From: Alphaproteobacteria bacterium
GTDB taxonomy: Bacteria; Pseudomonadota; Alphaproteobacteria; Rhizobiales; Xanthobacteraceae
Direction: 5' to 3'
Length of the DNA: 64,000 nt
Assembly (NCBI GenBank): GCA_034669045.1
Contig: JAXDOD010000102.1
Location: 12,192 to 76,191 of the forward strand
Below the pieces are notes generated by a model. It saw only the letters and a program-made list of their open reading frames with translations. It was not told the DNA's origin and ran no database searches. Below, piece after piece: positions 8,791-18,478 of this stretch. Both the position numbers and the translations under genes were made by a program. The stretch's first letter is position 1, and each line of letters starts with the position of its first letter.

Positions 8791-10890
8791 ATGTCGCACG
8801 TCACCTTGAAAGGCTCAGAACGTCCCGCTGGCGAAAGGCAAGGTCCATTTGGCATCTTGTACTTTTCCGCACCACGGCCACTGATCTACGGCTATCTCGC
8901 TGTTTTGAATCTGATTTACTTGTTTGTCGCGGTTCATACCCCCATTACCGTCTACACAGGCGCTCCCCACGACGACACCCTGTTTATGACGCTTGGGGAA
9001 CACCTGTCCCAAGGCGAGTGGCTCGGTCCATACAATCAGTTCACTCTGGTGAAGGGGCCAGGATTTCCTTTATTCCTTGCGGTCGCCTACTGGTTGGGAA
9101 TCTCGGTTACATTCGCCGCGGCTCTGCTCCATTGCTTTGCGACCACGATCTTCACCGTTGTGTCTCACCGCTTTATCAAGTCGATCCCGTTGTCTGCGTT
9201 GCTTTTCACGTTCCTGTTATGGCATCCAATTAGCTTGAGCGTCTTCCTCCTGCGCGTCTTTAGAGACTGGATTTATCCTAGCCAGGTGCTGCTCTTTCTG
9301 GCGCTGACGCTCGGCGCGTTGTTCTATCCCTTGCAACGACAAAGAATGATGTTCGCGTTGTCCGCAGGGCTCGTTGGCGGTTGGTTATGGCTGACCCGCG
9401 AGGAGGGAATTTGGCTCCTTCCACCGCTGGGCATATTGTTCTCTGGTGCGGTCCTGATTTCAGTTCGACAGCGACGAGTGATGCAGCTTGCGACTATTGC
9501 CACGATCATCCTGTTGTCGTCTTCCCTGGTCCATATCGGGTTTAGAGCAGGAAATTGGCTGGCTTACGGGTCCTTCGTCGGGGTCGACTTCAAGGAAGGA
9601 AATTTTCAACGCGCACTGCGAGCCATTCATGGTGTTCGCTCCGGGGGAATTGAGCCTTACATGTCGCTCACGGCAGCCGCGCGCGAGCGCGTTTATGCGG
9701 TCAGCCCGAGCTTTGCGTTGTTGAAGCCCTATTTTGAGGGGGCGCCTGCCGCGGGATGGGCAAAAATCAGTTGTACGGTTTACAAGAAACCTTGCGATGA
9801 GATCGGTGTCGGATTTTTCATCTTTGCCATCAGGGATGCTGCCGCAGGCGTCGGTCGCTATGCGACTCCGGCGGGAGCTTCAGCCTTTTTCGGACAGATT
9901 GCGGACGAAATATCTGCCGCATGCAAGCGCGGTGCGCTTGAATGCAAGCCTCAACTCATCAGCGAAATGCCGGCCGTAAGTTTGGAACAGATCGTGGGGC
10001 GACTACCGGCCCACTTCTATAGAGCGGCGAAAATGCTTTTGCTGCTCAACCCGCCCACTCACCTTAACGGAAGCGCCGGAGACGAGGACTCGTTTGCGAG
10101 ATATACGCGCTTCCTGGGCTATCCATTGCACACCAGACCGCCAAATATTCCGCTCGCTACTTATGTTTTTTCAGGTTGGTACTATTTGGCAGGCGACAAT
10201 TGGATTTCGTTCAGCGTAAGAGATCCCGAAGGCACGCTCGCCGAATTGAGAGTGTCTCGAGTAGGTAGTCCGGATATTGAAAGCATGACGAAGGATTCTG
10301 CCGCACATCATCAACGTTTTTCTGCGCGAACGCGTTGCAAGGACGACTGCATCGTACAAATCGAGGGCGCTGACGGCGCGAAGCTTGAAAAGAAACTTGG
10401 GGAATTCCGAAGTGCGTTCGGTGCTCACATTGGCAAGGGCCAAATGCACATCGACCACGTCCGCAATTATCCAAATCCCGCGTATTCGCCCTACAAGTTC
10501 GAGCGGCTTTCCGACAAGATTCGCTTGTTCGTTCTGCGGAACTACCAATTTGCCCTTATGCCATTGCTGATCGTGGGCTGCATTGGATTTACAATGGCTA
10601 GTCTGCGCTACGGGGGGTATGCTGTGTCGAATCTTTGCTACCTCGTCGCACTCGTATCCTACGGCTTCGTCTTCTCTCGCATGATGCTCCTCATTGTGAT
10701 GGGGGTTACGTCGAACACGACCGTCATACTGGCCCAAAACTACGCTGCCCCTGTCTATTTCCACATGGTGTGCGCGGCAGTGTTTTCGATCGCAGCATGG
10801 TTTCAGCTATTCGCGCATAGCCCGCGAGAGGTTGTCATTCGCGATTTTGGCGACTCAAGAGGAGAAGCCCGGCTAGAGACCGTCGGATGA
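8791..10890 (+). CDS. Large polytopic membrane protein; candidate GT-C-type (ArnT/PMT-like) periplasmic glycosyltransferase
   Basis: 699 aa. It has an N-terminal bundle of hydrophobic helices with an acidic first loop (GAPHDDTLFMTLGE), a soluble domain of roughly 300 aa, then 3-4 C-terminal TM helices. The function is inferred from topology plus adjacency to a DPM1-like GT2. No diagnostic motif was verified. Confidence 0.55.
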   Translation: MSHVTLKGSERPAGERQGPFGILYFSAPRPLIYGYLAVLNLIYLFVAVHTPITVYTGAPHDDTLFMTLGEHLSQGEWLGPYNQFTLVKGPGFPLFLAVAYWLGISVTFAAALLHCFATTIFTVVSHRFIKSIPLSALLFTFLLWHPISLSVFLLRVFRDWIYPSQVLLFLALTLGALFYPLQRQRMMFALSAGLVGGWLWLTREEGIWLLPPLGILFSGAVLISVRQRRVMQLATIATIILLSSSLVHIGFRAGNWLAYGSFVGVDFKEGNFQRALRAIHGVRSGGIEPYMSLTAAARERVYAVSPSFALLKPYFEGAPAAGWAKISCTVYKKPCDEIGVGFFIFAIRDAAAGVGRYATPAGASAFFGQIADEISAACKRGALECKPQLISEMPAVSLEQIVGRLPAHFYRAAKMLLLLNPPTHLNGSAGDEDSFARYTRFLGYPLHTRPPNIPLATYVFSGWYYLAGDNWISFSVRDPEGTLAELRVSRVGSPDIESMTKDSAAHHQRFSARTRCKDDCIVQIEGADGAKLEKKLGEFRSAFGAHIGKGQMHIDHVRNYPNPAYSPYKFERLSDKIRLFVLRNYQFALMPLLIVGCIGFTMASLRYGGYAVSNLCYLVALVSYGFVFSRMMLLIVMGVTSNTTVILAQNYAAPVYFHMVCAAVFSIAAWFQLFAHSPREVVIRDFGDSRGEARLETVG

Positions 10891-10990
10891 CGGACCGAGG
10901 TTTGCTCAAGGGTCCACTGCGGGAGTAAAATGCAACTCCGAGCCGCAAGAGCGAACGAGCCGCAAGAGCGAAGTGGAATGGGATGCCATT

Positions 10991-12121
10991 ATGAATTTCG
11001 TCTGCCTCGTTTGTCAAAATTCCACATTACAGCCGATCCCGGAATTCTCCTCTTTGCCGCGTGTCACGTCCGACTGTAAGCCGTGGCCGAACAGTGGCGT
11101 AGTCGCGGTCTGCGAATCTTGTGGAATGATTCAAAAGCCGGCCGACAAGAAGTGGCTTCAGGAAATTCGTGAAGTCTACGATGCGTACGAGCTCTTTTAT
11201 CAAGGCGACGGCTCCGAACAGCCAATATTTTCTCCCAGCGGCGCGTCAGCGCCGCGCTCGCGTCTGCTAATCGATTACCTGGTCGAGCGTTTAAGTCGCT
11301 ACGGTTCGCACGGACGCTTGATCGACATCGGCTGTGGGACGGGCGCAGCACTAAGAAATTTTGCCACCGCCTTGCCGGGATGGTCCTTGGACGGCAGCGA
11401 GCTTTCTGACAAGGCCCTGGCAAGCCTTCGGTCGATAAAAGGTTTTTGTGAACTCTACACCATGCCGCTCGCTCAAATTCCGCAACGCTATGATGTCGCC
11501 ACGATGATACACTCGCTGGAGCACATTGTGGATCCGGCCGCCGCCGTGCGTGACGCACTACTGTTGCTGAAATCGGACGGCTCACTTTTCGTGCAAGTGC
11601 CCGACATTGAGACCTCCCCATTCGACCTGCTCGTTGTGGACCATCGCTCGCATTTCACCCGCAAGACTCTGGGAATGCTGGTCGCGCGCCAAGGAGCTGG
11701 AGTCGATGTCTTGGTGAATACGGTTCTCCCGAAGGAAATTACGTTCGTTGGCCGCCGCGGCACCTCACCGCCAGCCTCGGCATTGCCGTCAGACGGAATT
11801 CGCATCGTCGATTCGACAGTGAGGTGGCTTCATGCTGTGCTTTCAGCAGCATCAGAGGCCTCCCGATCGTCAAGCTTCGGTATCTTTGGCTCGTCGATTT
11901 CAGCGATGTGGCTTTACGGCGCGCTGCGCGAACGCGTGTGCTTTTTTCTGGATGAGGACAAGTCGCGCATTGGGCGGGACATCGACGGCAAGCCGATCTT
12001 GGCGCCGGCGGATGTGCCGGCCAACAGCACAGTTTTCGTTCCTCTTGTGCCTGCCGTGGCCGGCCCGCTCGTGCAACGGCTGTCACGTTTGCAGGCCACA
12101 TTCGTCGTACCTCCACAATGA
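10991..12121 (+). CDS. SAM-dependent methyltransferase with N-terminal Cys4 zinc ribbon and C-terminal extra domain (NDP-hexose C-methyltransferase-like architecture)
   Basis: CLVCQ...x...CESCG zinc ribbon, motif I LIDIGCGTGAALRNF, and a C-terminal Rossmann-like segment FGIFGSSISAMWLYG...LDEDKSRIGRDIDGKPI. I prefer the ATG at 10991; an alternative GTG is at 10973. Confidence 0.7.
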   Translation: MNFVCLVCQNSTLQPIPEFSSLPRVTSDCKPWPNSGVVAVCESCGMIQKPADKKWLQEIREVYDAYELFYQGDGSEQPIFSPSGASAPRSRLLIDYLVERLSRYGSHGRLIDIGCGTGAALRNFATALPGWSLDGSELSDKALASLRSIKGFCELYTMPLAQIPQRYDVATMIHSLEHIVDPAAAVRDALLLLKSDGSLFVQVPDIETSPFDLLVVDHRSHFTRKTLGMLVARQGAGVDVLVNTVLPKEITFVGRRGTSPPASALPSDGIRIVDSTVRWLHAVLSAASEASRSSSFGIFGSSISAMWLYGALRERVCFFLDEDKSRIGRDIDGKPILAPADVPANSTVFVPLVPAVAGPLVQRLSRLQATFVVPPQ

Positions 12122-12291
12122 TGCGCGGCCTTCCTGGTCAGCATCGGCTGGACGGTGCATGCACAACAGGCAATTCTGCTGGACGGCTACCGTCGGAGCC
12201 CTTAAAAGGCTAGCCGCGACAGTACACCCAGTCATGCAGAAGGGCTCGACGCCGCAGCGGCGGCTTACGATGGGCACTTTAGGTTGCAGGA

Positions 12292-13137
12292 ATGATTCCG
12301 ATGCATGAACCCTCTGCAAGAAACTTTTTTGACGTGGCGGCTGCCCGCGTGCGGTGCGCGCGCTTCCGAAAGCGCATTCTGGACGTATCCATGCAGGTTC
12401 AGGCGATCCATATCGGGTCGGCGTATTCCTGCACTGAAATCGTCGACTGCATCTATTTTGGTTTGATGCGTCGCAATCCGGATGGTTCGTCGCCTGACAC
12501 ATTCATGATGTCCAAGGGCCACGGCTGCGTGATCCAATACGTTGTTCTCGAACAACTCGGCATTCTTAGCCGTGATGATCTTGACAAATTCTGCACGTCC
12601 GAAGGCAGGCTCGGCGTCCATCCCGACTATGGAAATCCGGGTATCGTGGCATCAACAGGCGCGCTCGGGCACGGACTCTCGATGGCGGTGGGTATGGCGC
12701 TTGCTGAACGGGCACGTGAGACCAGTGGCAACATCTATGTCGTTCTGAGCGACGGAGAATATCAGGAAGGTTCGACCTGGGAGGCCACATTGATGGCGTC
12801 GTCACTGGGGGCGACGAACTTGATCGCATTCATGGACAACAACGACTATCAGACGCTTGGCCGAACCTCTGAAACACATCCGTCGTTTTACCCGCTGGTT
12901 GACAAGTTCCTGGCGTTTGGCTGGGAAGCCGTCGAGGTTGACGGCCACGATTCGGCGGCTATCTTTCAGGCAGTCACGGAAAAACAGGGGCAAAAACCGC
13001 TCATGGTGGTCGCCAAGACCATCAAGGGCAAAGGCGTCAGCTACATGGAAAACGTGCCGATCTGGCATTACCGCTCGCCCAACCAGAAGGAATATGAGCA
13101 AGCATCCGAGGAATTGCAGAAGGCGATATCTTCATGA
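12292..13137 (+). CDS. Transketolase, N-terminal (ThDP-binding) subunit; split transketolase pair 1
   Basis: HIGSAYSCTEIV, SKGHG, GALGHGLSMAVGMAL and VLSDGEYQEGSTWEA (GDG-type ThDP motif). ATGA overlap with the partner gene. Confidence 0.9.
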   Translation: MIPMHEPSARNFFDVAAARVRCARFRKRILDVSMQVQAIHIGSAYSCTEIVDCIYFGLMRRNPDGSSPDTFMMSKGHGCVIQYVVLEQLGILSRDDLDKFCTSEGRLGVHPDYGNPGIVASTGALGHGLSMAVGMALAERARETSGNIYVVLSDGEYQEGSTWEATLMASSLGATNLIAFMDNNDYQTLGRTSETHPSFYPLVDKFLAFGWEAVEVDGHDSAAIFQAVTEKQGQKPLMVVAKTIKGKGVSYMENVPIWHYRSPNQKEYEQASEELQKAISS

Positions 13138-14054
13138 GGAACACGTTTTCTGAGGCACTCTATCTGGCCGCGAACGCGAATCCTGACCTCTATGTCGTCG
13201 TTGCGGATATCTCTCCTGCCGGCAGCATGGTCAAGTTTCGACAACAGTATCCCGACCGGTTTATCAATGTCGGAGTTGCTGAACAGTCCATGATCGGTAT
13301 CTGCGCCGGTCTCGCGCTGAAGGGGTGCCAGCCCTTTGCGTACACAATTGCCACCTTTACACTTTATCGCCCGTTCGAAATGGTCCGCGACGATCTATGC
13401 TACCAGAACCTGCCGGTGACGATCGTCGGCATGGGTGCGGGCGTTATCTATTCAAACCTCGGCAGCACACATCACGCGCAGGAGGACATCGCGATTGCGG
13501 GCGCCCTCCCCAACATGCAGATCATTGCTCCGTGCGATCCAATGGAATGCACCGAAGCCACGCGATATTGCGCCCAGCAAAAGAAGGGACCGGTATATTT
13601 GCGCCTTGGGAAAGCTGGAGAACCCAACTTCACAGACAAGGCGATTGATCCTTGGCTGTTCGGGAAGATTCGCTACATCAAGCACGGGTCCGATGTTTGT
13701 ATCTTGTCCTACGGCGTGATCATGCAGAAGGCCATGAAGCTCGCGGAATCTTTTGAAGCGCAAGGCAAATCGGTCTCGGTCGTTTCCTGCCACACTCTCA
13801 AGCCGCTCGACACGGCGGGAATCGAGCAGGCGTTGCGCGAGCACAAACACGTTATCGTCATCGAAGAGCACGCACCGCAAGGCGGACTCGCGCCGCGGGC
13901 GAAGCAGATCGCATGGGACATCCGCGCGCAATGCCGGCTCGATACTTTCACCCTGCAGGATGCTTTCATTCACAACTACGGCAGCCACGACGATCTACTT
14001 GCCGCGCATGGCCTCGATCTTAATGTGATTTCCGCTCAGGTCGGAGCGACGTGA
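13134..14054 (+). CDS. Transketolase, C-terminal (pyrimidine-binding) subunit; split transketolase pair 1
   Basis: RFINVGVAEQSMIGICAGLAL, THHAQEDIAIAGALPNM and the C-terminal TK domain VIVIEEHAPQGGL. Confidence 0.9.
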   Translation: MRNTFSEALYLAANANPDLYVVVADISPAGSMVKFRQQYPDRFINVGVAEQSMIGICAGLALKGCQPFAYTIATFTLYRPFEMVRDDLCYQNLPVTIVGMGAGVIYSNLGSTHHAQEDIAIAGALPNMQIIAPCDPMECTEATRYCAQQKKGPVYLRLGKAGEPNFTDKAIDPWLFGKIRYIKHGSDVCILSYGVIMQKAMKLAESFEAQGKSVSVVSCHTLKPLDTAGIEQALREHKHVIVIEEHAPQGGLAPRAKQIAWDIRAQCRLDTFTLQDAFIHNYGSHDDLLAAHGLDLNVISAQVGAT

Positions 14055-14171
14055 ATGCGATCGCGATTGAGCATGCCGTAACAGCCTGATTGTGCAGACT
14101 GATGCTGAGTTGATTGGGCCTCCCACTCCAAAGACCGAGCATATTCCGCCAGCGAGCTGAGGCCGCGACAA

Positions 14172-15134
14172 ATGCAAAATTGGCTTGGCGTGGTTATCAA
14201 AGTCGCGTTGACCGCGTTGATCCTAGGATTCTTCCTGTTGCATTTGGATGTGCGGGCGATCGGGCGATCCCTCGCAAGCGTTAACGGGTGGGCGGCCGTC
14301 GGCGCGTTTTTTGTGGTCCTCGCTCAAACCCTATTTGCGGCAAAGCGATTGAATTTGGTCGTCAACCGATTTCAGGTGCCAATTCCGTTTACTGACGCGT
14401 TTCGCATTACTCTTGAGGGCATGTTCTTCAGCCACACTTTTTTATCATTCATTGGAGGTGATGCGTTGCGTATCTGGCGCATCCGAAAGGCCGGACTGCC
14501 GTTGATTGATGCAACTTCCGCCATCTTGATCGATCGCTTGATTGGAATCCTCGTCAATCACCTTTGTCTGCTTGCAAGCCTTCCCTGGCTGTTGTCGCGG
14601 ATATCAGAACGTTCGGTGAATTATGCCCTTATTCTGCTCGCGGTCGCCGGAGTAGCCGGATTTGCGGTGATCTTATTCCTTGGTTCGCTGAGGGGACGAG
14701 GCGGATATCTTCATGAGCTGCGGGAACGTCTCCCGGTTAAACGGGTGGCGATGCTTTTGATTGAAGCCTCGACTGTAGGGCGGTATTTTCTTACCTACTA
14801 TCCTCAGCTCCTCCAGGTTGGGCTGGTCAGTGTGTTCATTGCATTGGGCAATGCTCTCGCTTTCGGCATCATCTTGCTTGGCATGGGCGTTGATGCCCCG
14901 TTGGCGTTGGGCTGCGCGCTCCTTGTGCCGGCGGTCTTGGAAATCGCGATGGTTCCTATTTCGATAGCAGGCTGGGGGCTCCGCGAAGGGGCCGCGGTCG
15001 TGGCATTTGGAGCGCTTGGTTTGCAGTCCGATGTGGCATTCGGATCAAGTCTTGCTTATGGCTTGATCGTTGGCGGGGTGAGTTTGCTGGGAGGCATAAT
15101 CTGGGTCGCTGACCGAAAGCCAAAGCCCGTTTAG
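14172..15134 (+). CDS. Flippase-like membrane protein (lysylphosphatidylglycerol-synthase TM region / UPF0104 family)
   Basis: 320 aa, about 8 TM helices. It has the N-terminal KVALTALILGFFLLHLD pattern and the GGDALRIW motif typical of this family. Confidence 0.6.
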   Translation: MQNWLGVVIKVALTALILGFFLLHLDVRAIGRSLASVNGWAAVGAFFVVLAQTLFAAKRLNLVVNRFQVPIPFTDAFRITLEGMFFSHTFLSFIGGDALRIWRIRKAGLPLIDATSAILIDRLIGILVNHLCLLASLPWLLSRISERSVNYALILLAVAGVAGFAVILFLGSLRGRGGYLHELRERLPVKRVAMLLIEASTVGRYFLTYYPQLLQVGLVSVFIALGNALAFGIILLGMGVDAPLALGCALLVPAVLEIAMVPISIAGWGLREGAAVVAFGALGLQSDVAFGSSLAYGLIVGGVSLLGGIIWVADRKPKPV

Positions 15135-15166
15135 ACATATGGACCAGCCATGGGATCACAATCATC

Positions 15167-16075
15167 GTGACGGGCGTATTGTTGACGGGAGCAAGTTCGT
15201 TTTTTGGCTCGTACCTGACCGAACATTTTTTGCGTGCCGGGAAATCGGTAACCGCGACATTTCGCACCGGCAATGCGGTAGTTGAACGGCTGCGTGCGCT
15301 CGGCAAAACTCTGGAACTGGAACTTGTTGAACTTGACATCGGAGATGCTGCGGGTTTCGCGCGCCTCCCCTCCACCGCCGCGACAGTCGTGCACGTCGCC
15401 GGCGTATCTAGCGTTGATGGCGTGTCAGATGATGAGATGTTTACCTGCAACGTCATCGGCACCCGCAATGTCCTGAACTATTCGCTGTCGGCCGGCGCTC
15501 GGAGAATGATCTTTGCTTCCAGCCTGTCGGTGCATGGAAGGATTGACGTTTCCGTCGTTGACGAGAACACCCCAGTCAACAACCCCAGCCCGTATGGCGC
15601 CAGCAAATACAAAGCTGAGCGTCTGTTGGCCGGCAAAGCCGCCGAGCTACCGTGCATCTGCGTGCGCCTGCCGGGGGTGTTGGGGCGGGGAGCGCATCGC
15701 GCGTGGGTTCCCACAATGCTCGAACGCATAAGGGCTCGCAAGGACGTAACGATTTTCAATCCGGAAGCAGCGTTCAACAATGCCGCTCATATCCGCGACC
15801 TGGCGCGTTTTTTCGACGGGCTCACCCAGCGAGACTGGCGAGGTTTCTTTGCATTTCCCGTTGGCGCAGCGGGGGCAATCCCGATCCGTCAAGTCGCCGA
15901 CCGTTTGATGATGGGCACGAATTTGCACGGTCGGATCATTACGGTGCACGCACCTCAGTCGAGTTTTACGGTATCGTCCGATTGCGCTCGCTCTTTCGGC
16001 TACGACCCAATGGAGATTACCGCGATGCTCGATCTCTACGTCGCAGAAAGCCTGTTACCCGATGATCGTTCATGA
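15167..16075 (+). CDS. NAD-dependent epimerase/dehydratase (SDR)
   Basis: LLTGASSFFGSYL and catalytic PYGASKYKAERLL (YxxxK). GTG start at 15167. Confidence 0.75.
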   Translation: MTGVLLTGASSFFGSYLTEHFLRAGKSVTATFRTGNAVVERLRALGKTLELELVELDIGDAAGFARLPSTAATVVHVAGVSSVDGVSDDEMFTCNVIGTRNVLNYSLSAGARRMIFASSLSVHGRIDVSVVDENTPVNNPSPYGASKYKAERLLAGKAAELPCICVRLPGVLGRGAHRAWVPTMLERIRARKDVTIFNPEAAFNNAAHIRDLARFFDGLTQRDWRGFFAFPVGAAGAIPIRQVADRLMMGTNLHGRIITVHAPQSSFTVSSDCARSFGYDPMEITAMLDLYVAESLLPDDRS

Positions 16076-16087
16076 GGGCAGGACGTA

Positions 16088-17275
16088 CTAGGCGCGGCTT
16101 CGCAGGAAACGATCTGTCTGCAGACGATTAGTTCGGCCGATCAAAAGATTGCGCATCGGCATCTCGACGCAAGCCCATATCAGATAGGACAGCGTGTAGA
16201 GTGCACAGAAATAGGTGCCAGCCTGCACCCATAGCGGCACGGTCGCGCTCGTGTAGGCCCAATGAATTTGCAGCAGCGGGAAGTGAATGAGGTACATTGA
16301 ATACGAGATTTCGCCGAGGAATACGAGCGGAGCCAGTGACATCAATCTGCTGACCCACCCAACATCGCAGGCGAGGACGAAAATGAGAAGTGCGGCCGGA
16401 ATCGCATAGTGGAAGGATTGATAGTACCAGGACCAGAAGGCTCGGGAGATATCTTCGGTTCCGTCGCTGGTGAGCGTGTATAAAAGGATGAGGAGCGCCG
16501 CGACTTCAAAGATCGTACCGATGAACCGATTGATTCTGAGTCGTGCGGCATAGGTCTGCCATGCCAGCGCCGCGCACATGCCAATCACGAACTCCGACAG
16601 TCGCGCCAAGGGAAATTGATACAGGAGGAGCGCGGTTCCCGTACGCCTGCTGGAGTCAGCGTGTGGAATGGCGAAGATTTCGCAAATTATGATCAAGACG
16701 CCGGCCACGCAGAGGGACAGGGCAAGCTTCCACCACCACGTGCGGCGAAAATCAGCAATCAACAGCGGGAATAAGAGGTAGAACATGAACTCGGTGGATA
16801 TGCTCCAGCTCGGTCCGTTGATCGCAACGTTGCCGAACGTCCACGGGCTCCAGGCGTGGAGCATGCCGACGTTGATCAGCGCGTGCGCAAGCGCGTCGCC
16901 GTCGAGGAAAAAACCGCCCCAGATCAGCCACACCGCGAATGCCGACGTTGCAATGTGCGCCGGCCAGATCCTTGCGAAGCGAGCCAGGAGAAAGCGCCAT
17001 GTCTTGTTCGCGCTTGGGAGTTCTGGATAGACGTAGGCCAGAATGAAGCCGGACAGCACGAAGAAGATCGAGACGCCGCCGCCGAGCGCGTACCTGTTCG
17101 CGAAGCCGGCGGGGATGCCGAAGTGGCCCTGAGCATGCAGGGCCACGATCATCATCGCCGCGAAAAAGCGAAGCGAGGTCAGGGCGCGCAGTTGCGCCTT
17201 CGGTTGAACCACATGGATGCTCTTGGCAATGATGTCGTTCGGAAATAGCGACAGTTGATTGACGACTATACTCAC
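16088..17275 (-). CDS. Acyltransferase family 3 integral membrane O-acyl(acetyl)transferase
   Basis: LTSLRFFAAMMIVALHAQGHF N-terminal signature and about 10 TM helices. The size (395 aa) is typical of OafA/NolL/WecH-type O-acetyltransferases. Confidence 0.85.
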   Translation of the reverse strand: MSIVVNQLSLFPNDIIAKSIHVVQPKAQLRALTSLRFFAAMMIVALHAQGHFGIPAGFANRYALGGGVSIFFVLSGFILAYVYPELPSANKTWRFLLARFARIWPAHIATSAFAVWLIWGGFFLDGDALAHALINVGMLHAWSPWTFGNVAINGPSWSISTEFMFYLLFPLLIADFRRTWWWKLALSLCVAGVLIIICEIFAIPHADSSRRTGTALLLYQFPLARLSEFVIGMCAALAWQTYAARLRINRFIGTIFEVAALLILLYTLTSDGTEDISRAFWSWYYQSFHYAIPAALLIFVLACDVGWVSRLMSLAPLVFLGEISYSMYLIHFPLLQIHWAYTSATVPLWVQAGTYFCALYTLSYLIWACVEMPMRNLLIGRTNRLQTDRFLRSRA

Positions 17276-17296
17276 AACCCGTCCCCCTACTTAAGG

Positions 17297-18073
17297 TCAC
17301 ACCGCCCGCCTCTGCATGACAATGACGTCCTGATGATCGTCCCATGCGAACTCCTGGAACGAGAGGACGCGAACATCGTTCTTGGTTTCGACCAGCTTCA
17401 TCAGCCACGATGGTGAGCACGCACTGAGACCGTATCCCGGCAGGAACGGATAGTCAGCATACCCGAACCCCTTGGCTTGAAAATCCCGCCGTGCCGGCGC
17501 CCACAATTCGGGCTCTATCCACTGGCCATGGCTCTGTTGCCGGTCATGCCGTCGGCCATGAGTCGTCATCACAAGAACGCCGTCGGTGGACAGGGACGCT
17601 AAGAACCAGTCCACGGCCCGCCGAAACGAGGCCTCGTCGAAATGCGTCACCAGGGATCCCACGAAGATCAGATCGAACGTGCGCTCCGGCGCCAACTCGA
17701 AATGAGGATTCGGTCGTATTCCCAGGGCCTCGAACCGAGCAATGACGAATGCCTCTTTCTGCCGGTCGAGGTCGGACACATAGAGTTCGGCGTCAGGGAA
17801 CAGGCTCTGCAGATGCCGGGTGACCCGCCCTCCGCCGCAGGGAAGGTCGAGGATCGATCCGACCACGCTCTTCTTTCCCAGCAGCAAAGCGCCGATAATC
17901 ATATCAATGGCAGAGCGCCCTACATTGAAGTAGTGCTGGCGTCCACCTTCAAGCCCTTTGACGAACATGTCGTCATGGTCTGAAATATCCTGAACCGTTG
18001 GTCGTTCAAGATAAGCCTGATAAAGCTGTGCCAGGGCAATGAGCGGATGGACGGCTGGATTGATTGCGGACAT
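17297..18073 (-). CDS. Class I SAM-dependent methyltransferase
   Basis: Motif I ILDLPCGGGRVTRHL, then YVSDLD and FDLIFVGSLVTHF. Confidence 0.75.
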   Translation of the reverse strand: MSAINPAVHPLIALAQLYQAYLERPTVQDISDHDDMFVKGLEGGRQHYFNVGRSAIDMIIGALLLGKKSVVGSILDLPCGGGRVTRHLQSLFPDAELYVSDLDRQKEAFVIARFEALGIRPNPHFELAPERTFDLIFVGSLVTHFDEASFRRAVDWFLASLSTDGVLVMTTHGRRHDRQQSHGQWIEPELWAPARRDFQAKGFGYADYPFLPGYGLSACSPSWLMKLVETKNDVRVLSFQEFAWDDHQDVIVMQRRAV

Positions 18074-18478
18074 CGGGAACTGTCGCGCTTGTTACCCATT
18101 CCAACGATACAGAAACACCGCTGCGACACTTGCCGATGCGATGGTGAAATCAACTACGCTTCCGTGCCTCACGCCGTACACGTCGTCCCTCCTCATCGCC
18201 TGCGCCAGATGCTCCAGCGAGTGATGCCCCTAACATATTCACGCCGACCTGCAAGAGGTTGTGGCGCCGCTCTGCTGAAGCATATCCGCAATAAGCTTCG
18301 CAGCCAACCCCGTACGGCGAAATTAGGCAACTCTCAACCGCAAAAGATCCGCTCGGCCGTTCGGCGGAAAGGGCCAAGTCATATTCGGCTCGTTCTACAG
18401 CCTGCCGCTGCGGATGGCGTTGCGCGGCTGCGGCCCGGACGCTTTGATGGGTGTCGGCGCCGCCAAGTTGCTGGAAAT

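Noticed and set aside
8791-10890. Calling the 699-aa membrane protein an O-antigen polymerase (Wzy) or ligase (WaaL).
   Set aside because: I saw no Wzy_C/O-antigen ligase-type loop motif. The large soluble domain and the adjacency to a DPM1-like GT2 fit a GT-C transferase better. This remains unresolved, and I flag it as a caveat in the findings.
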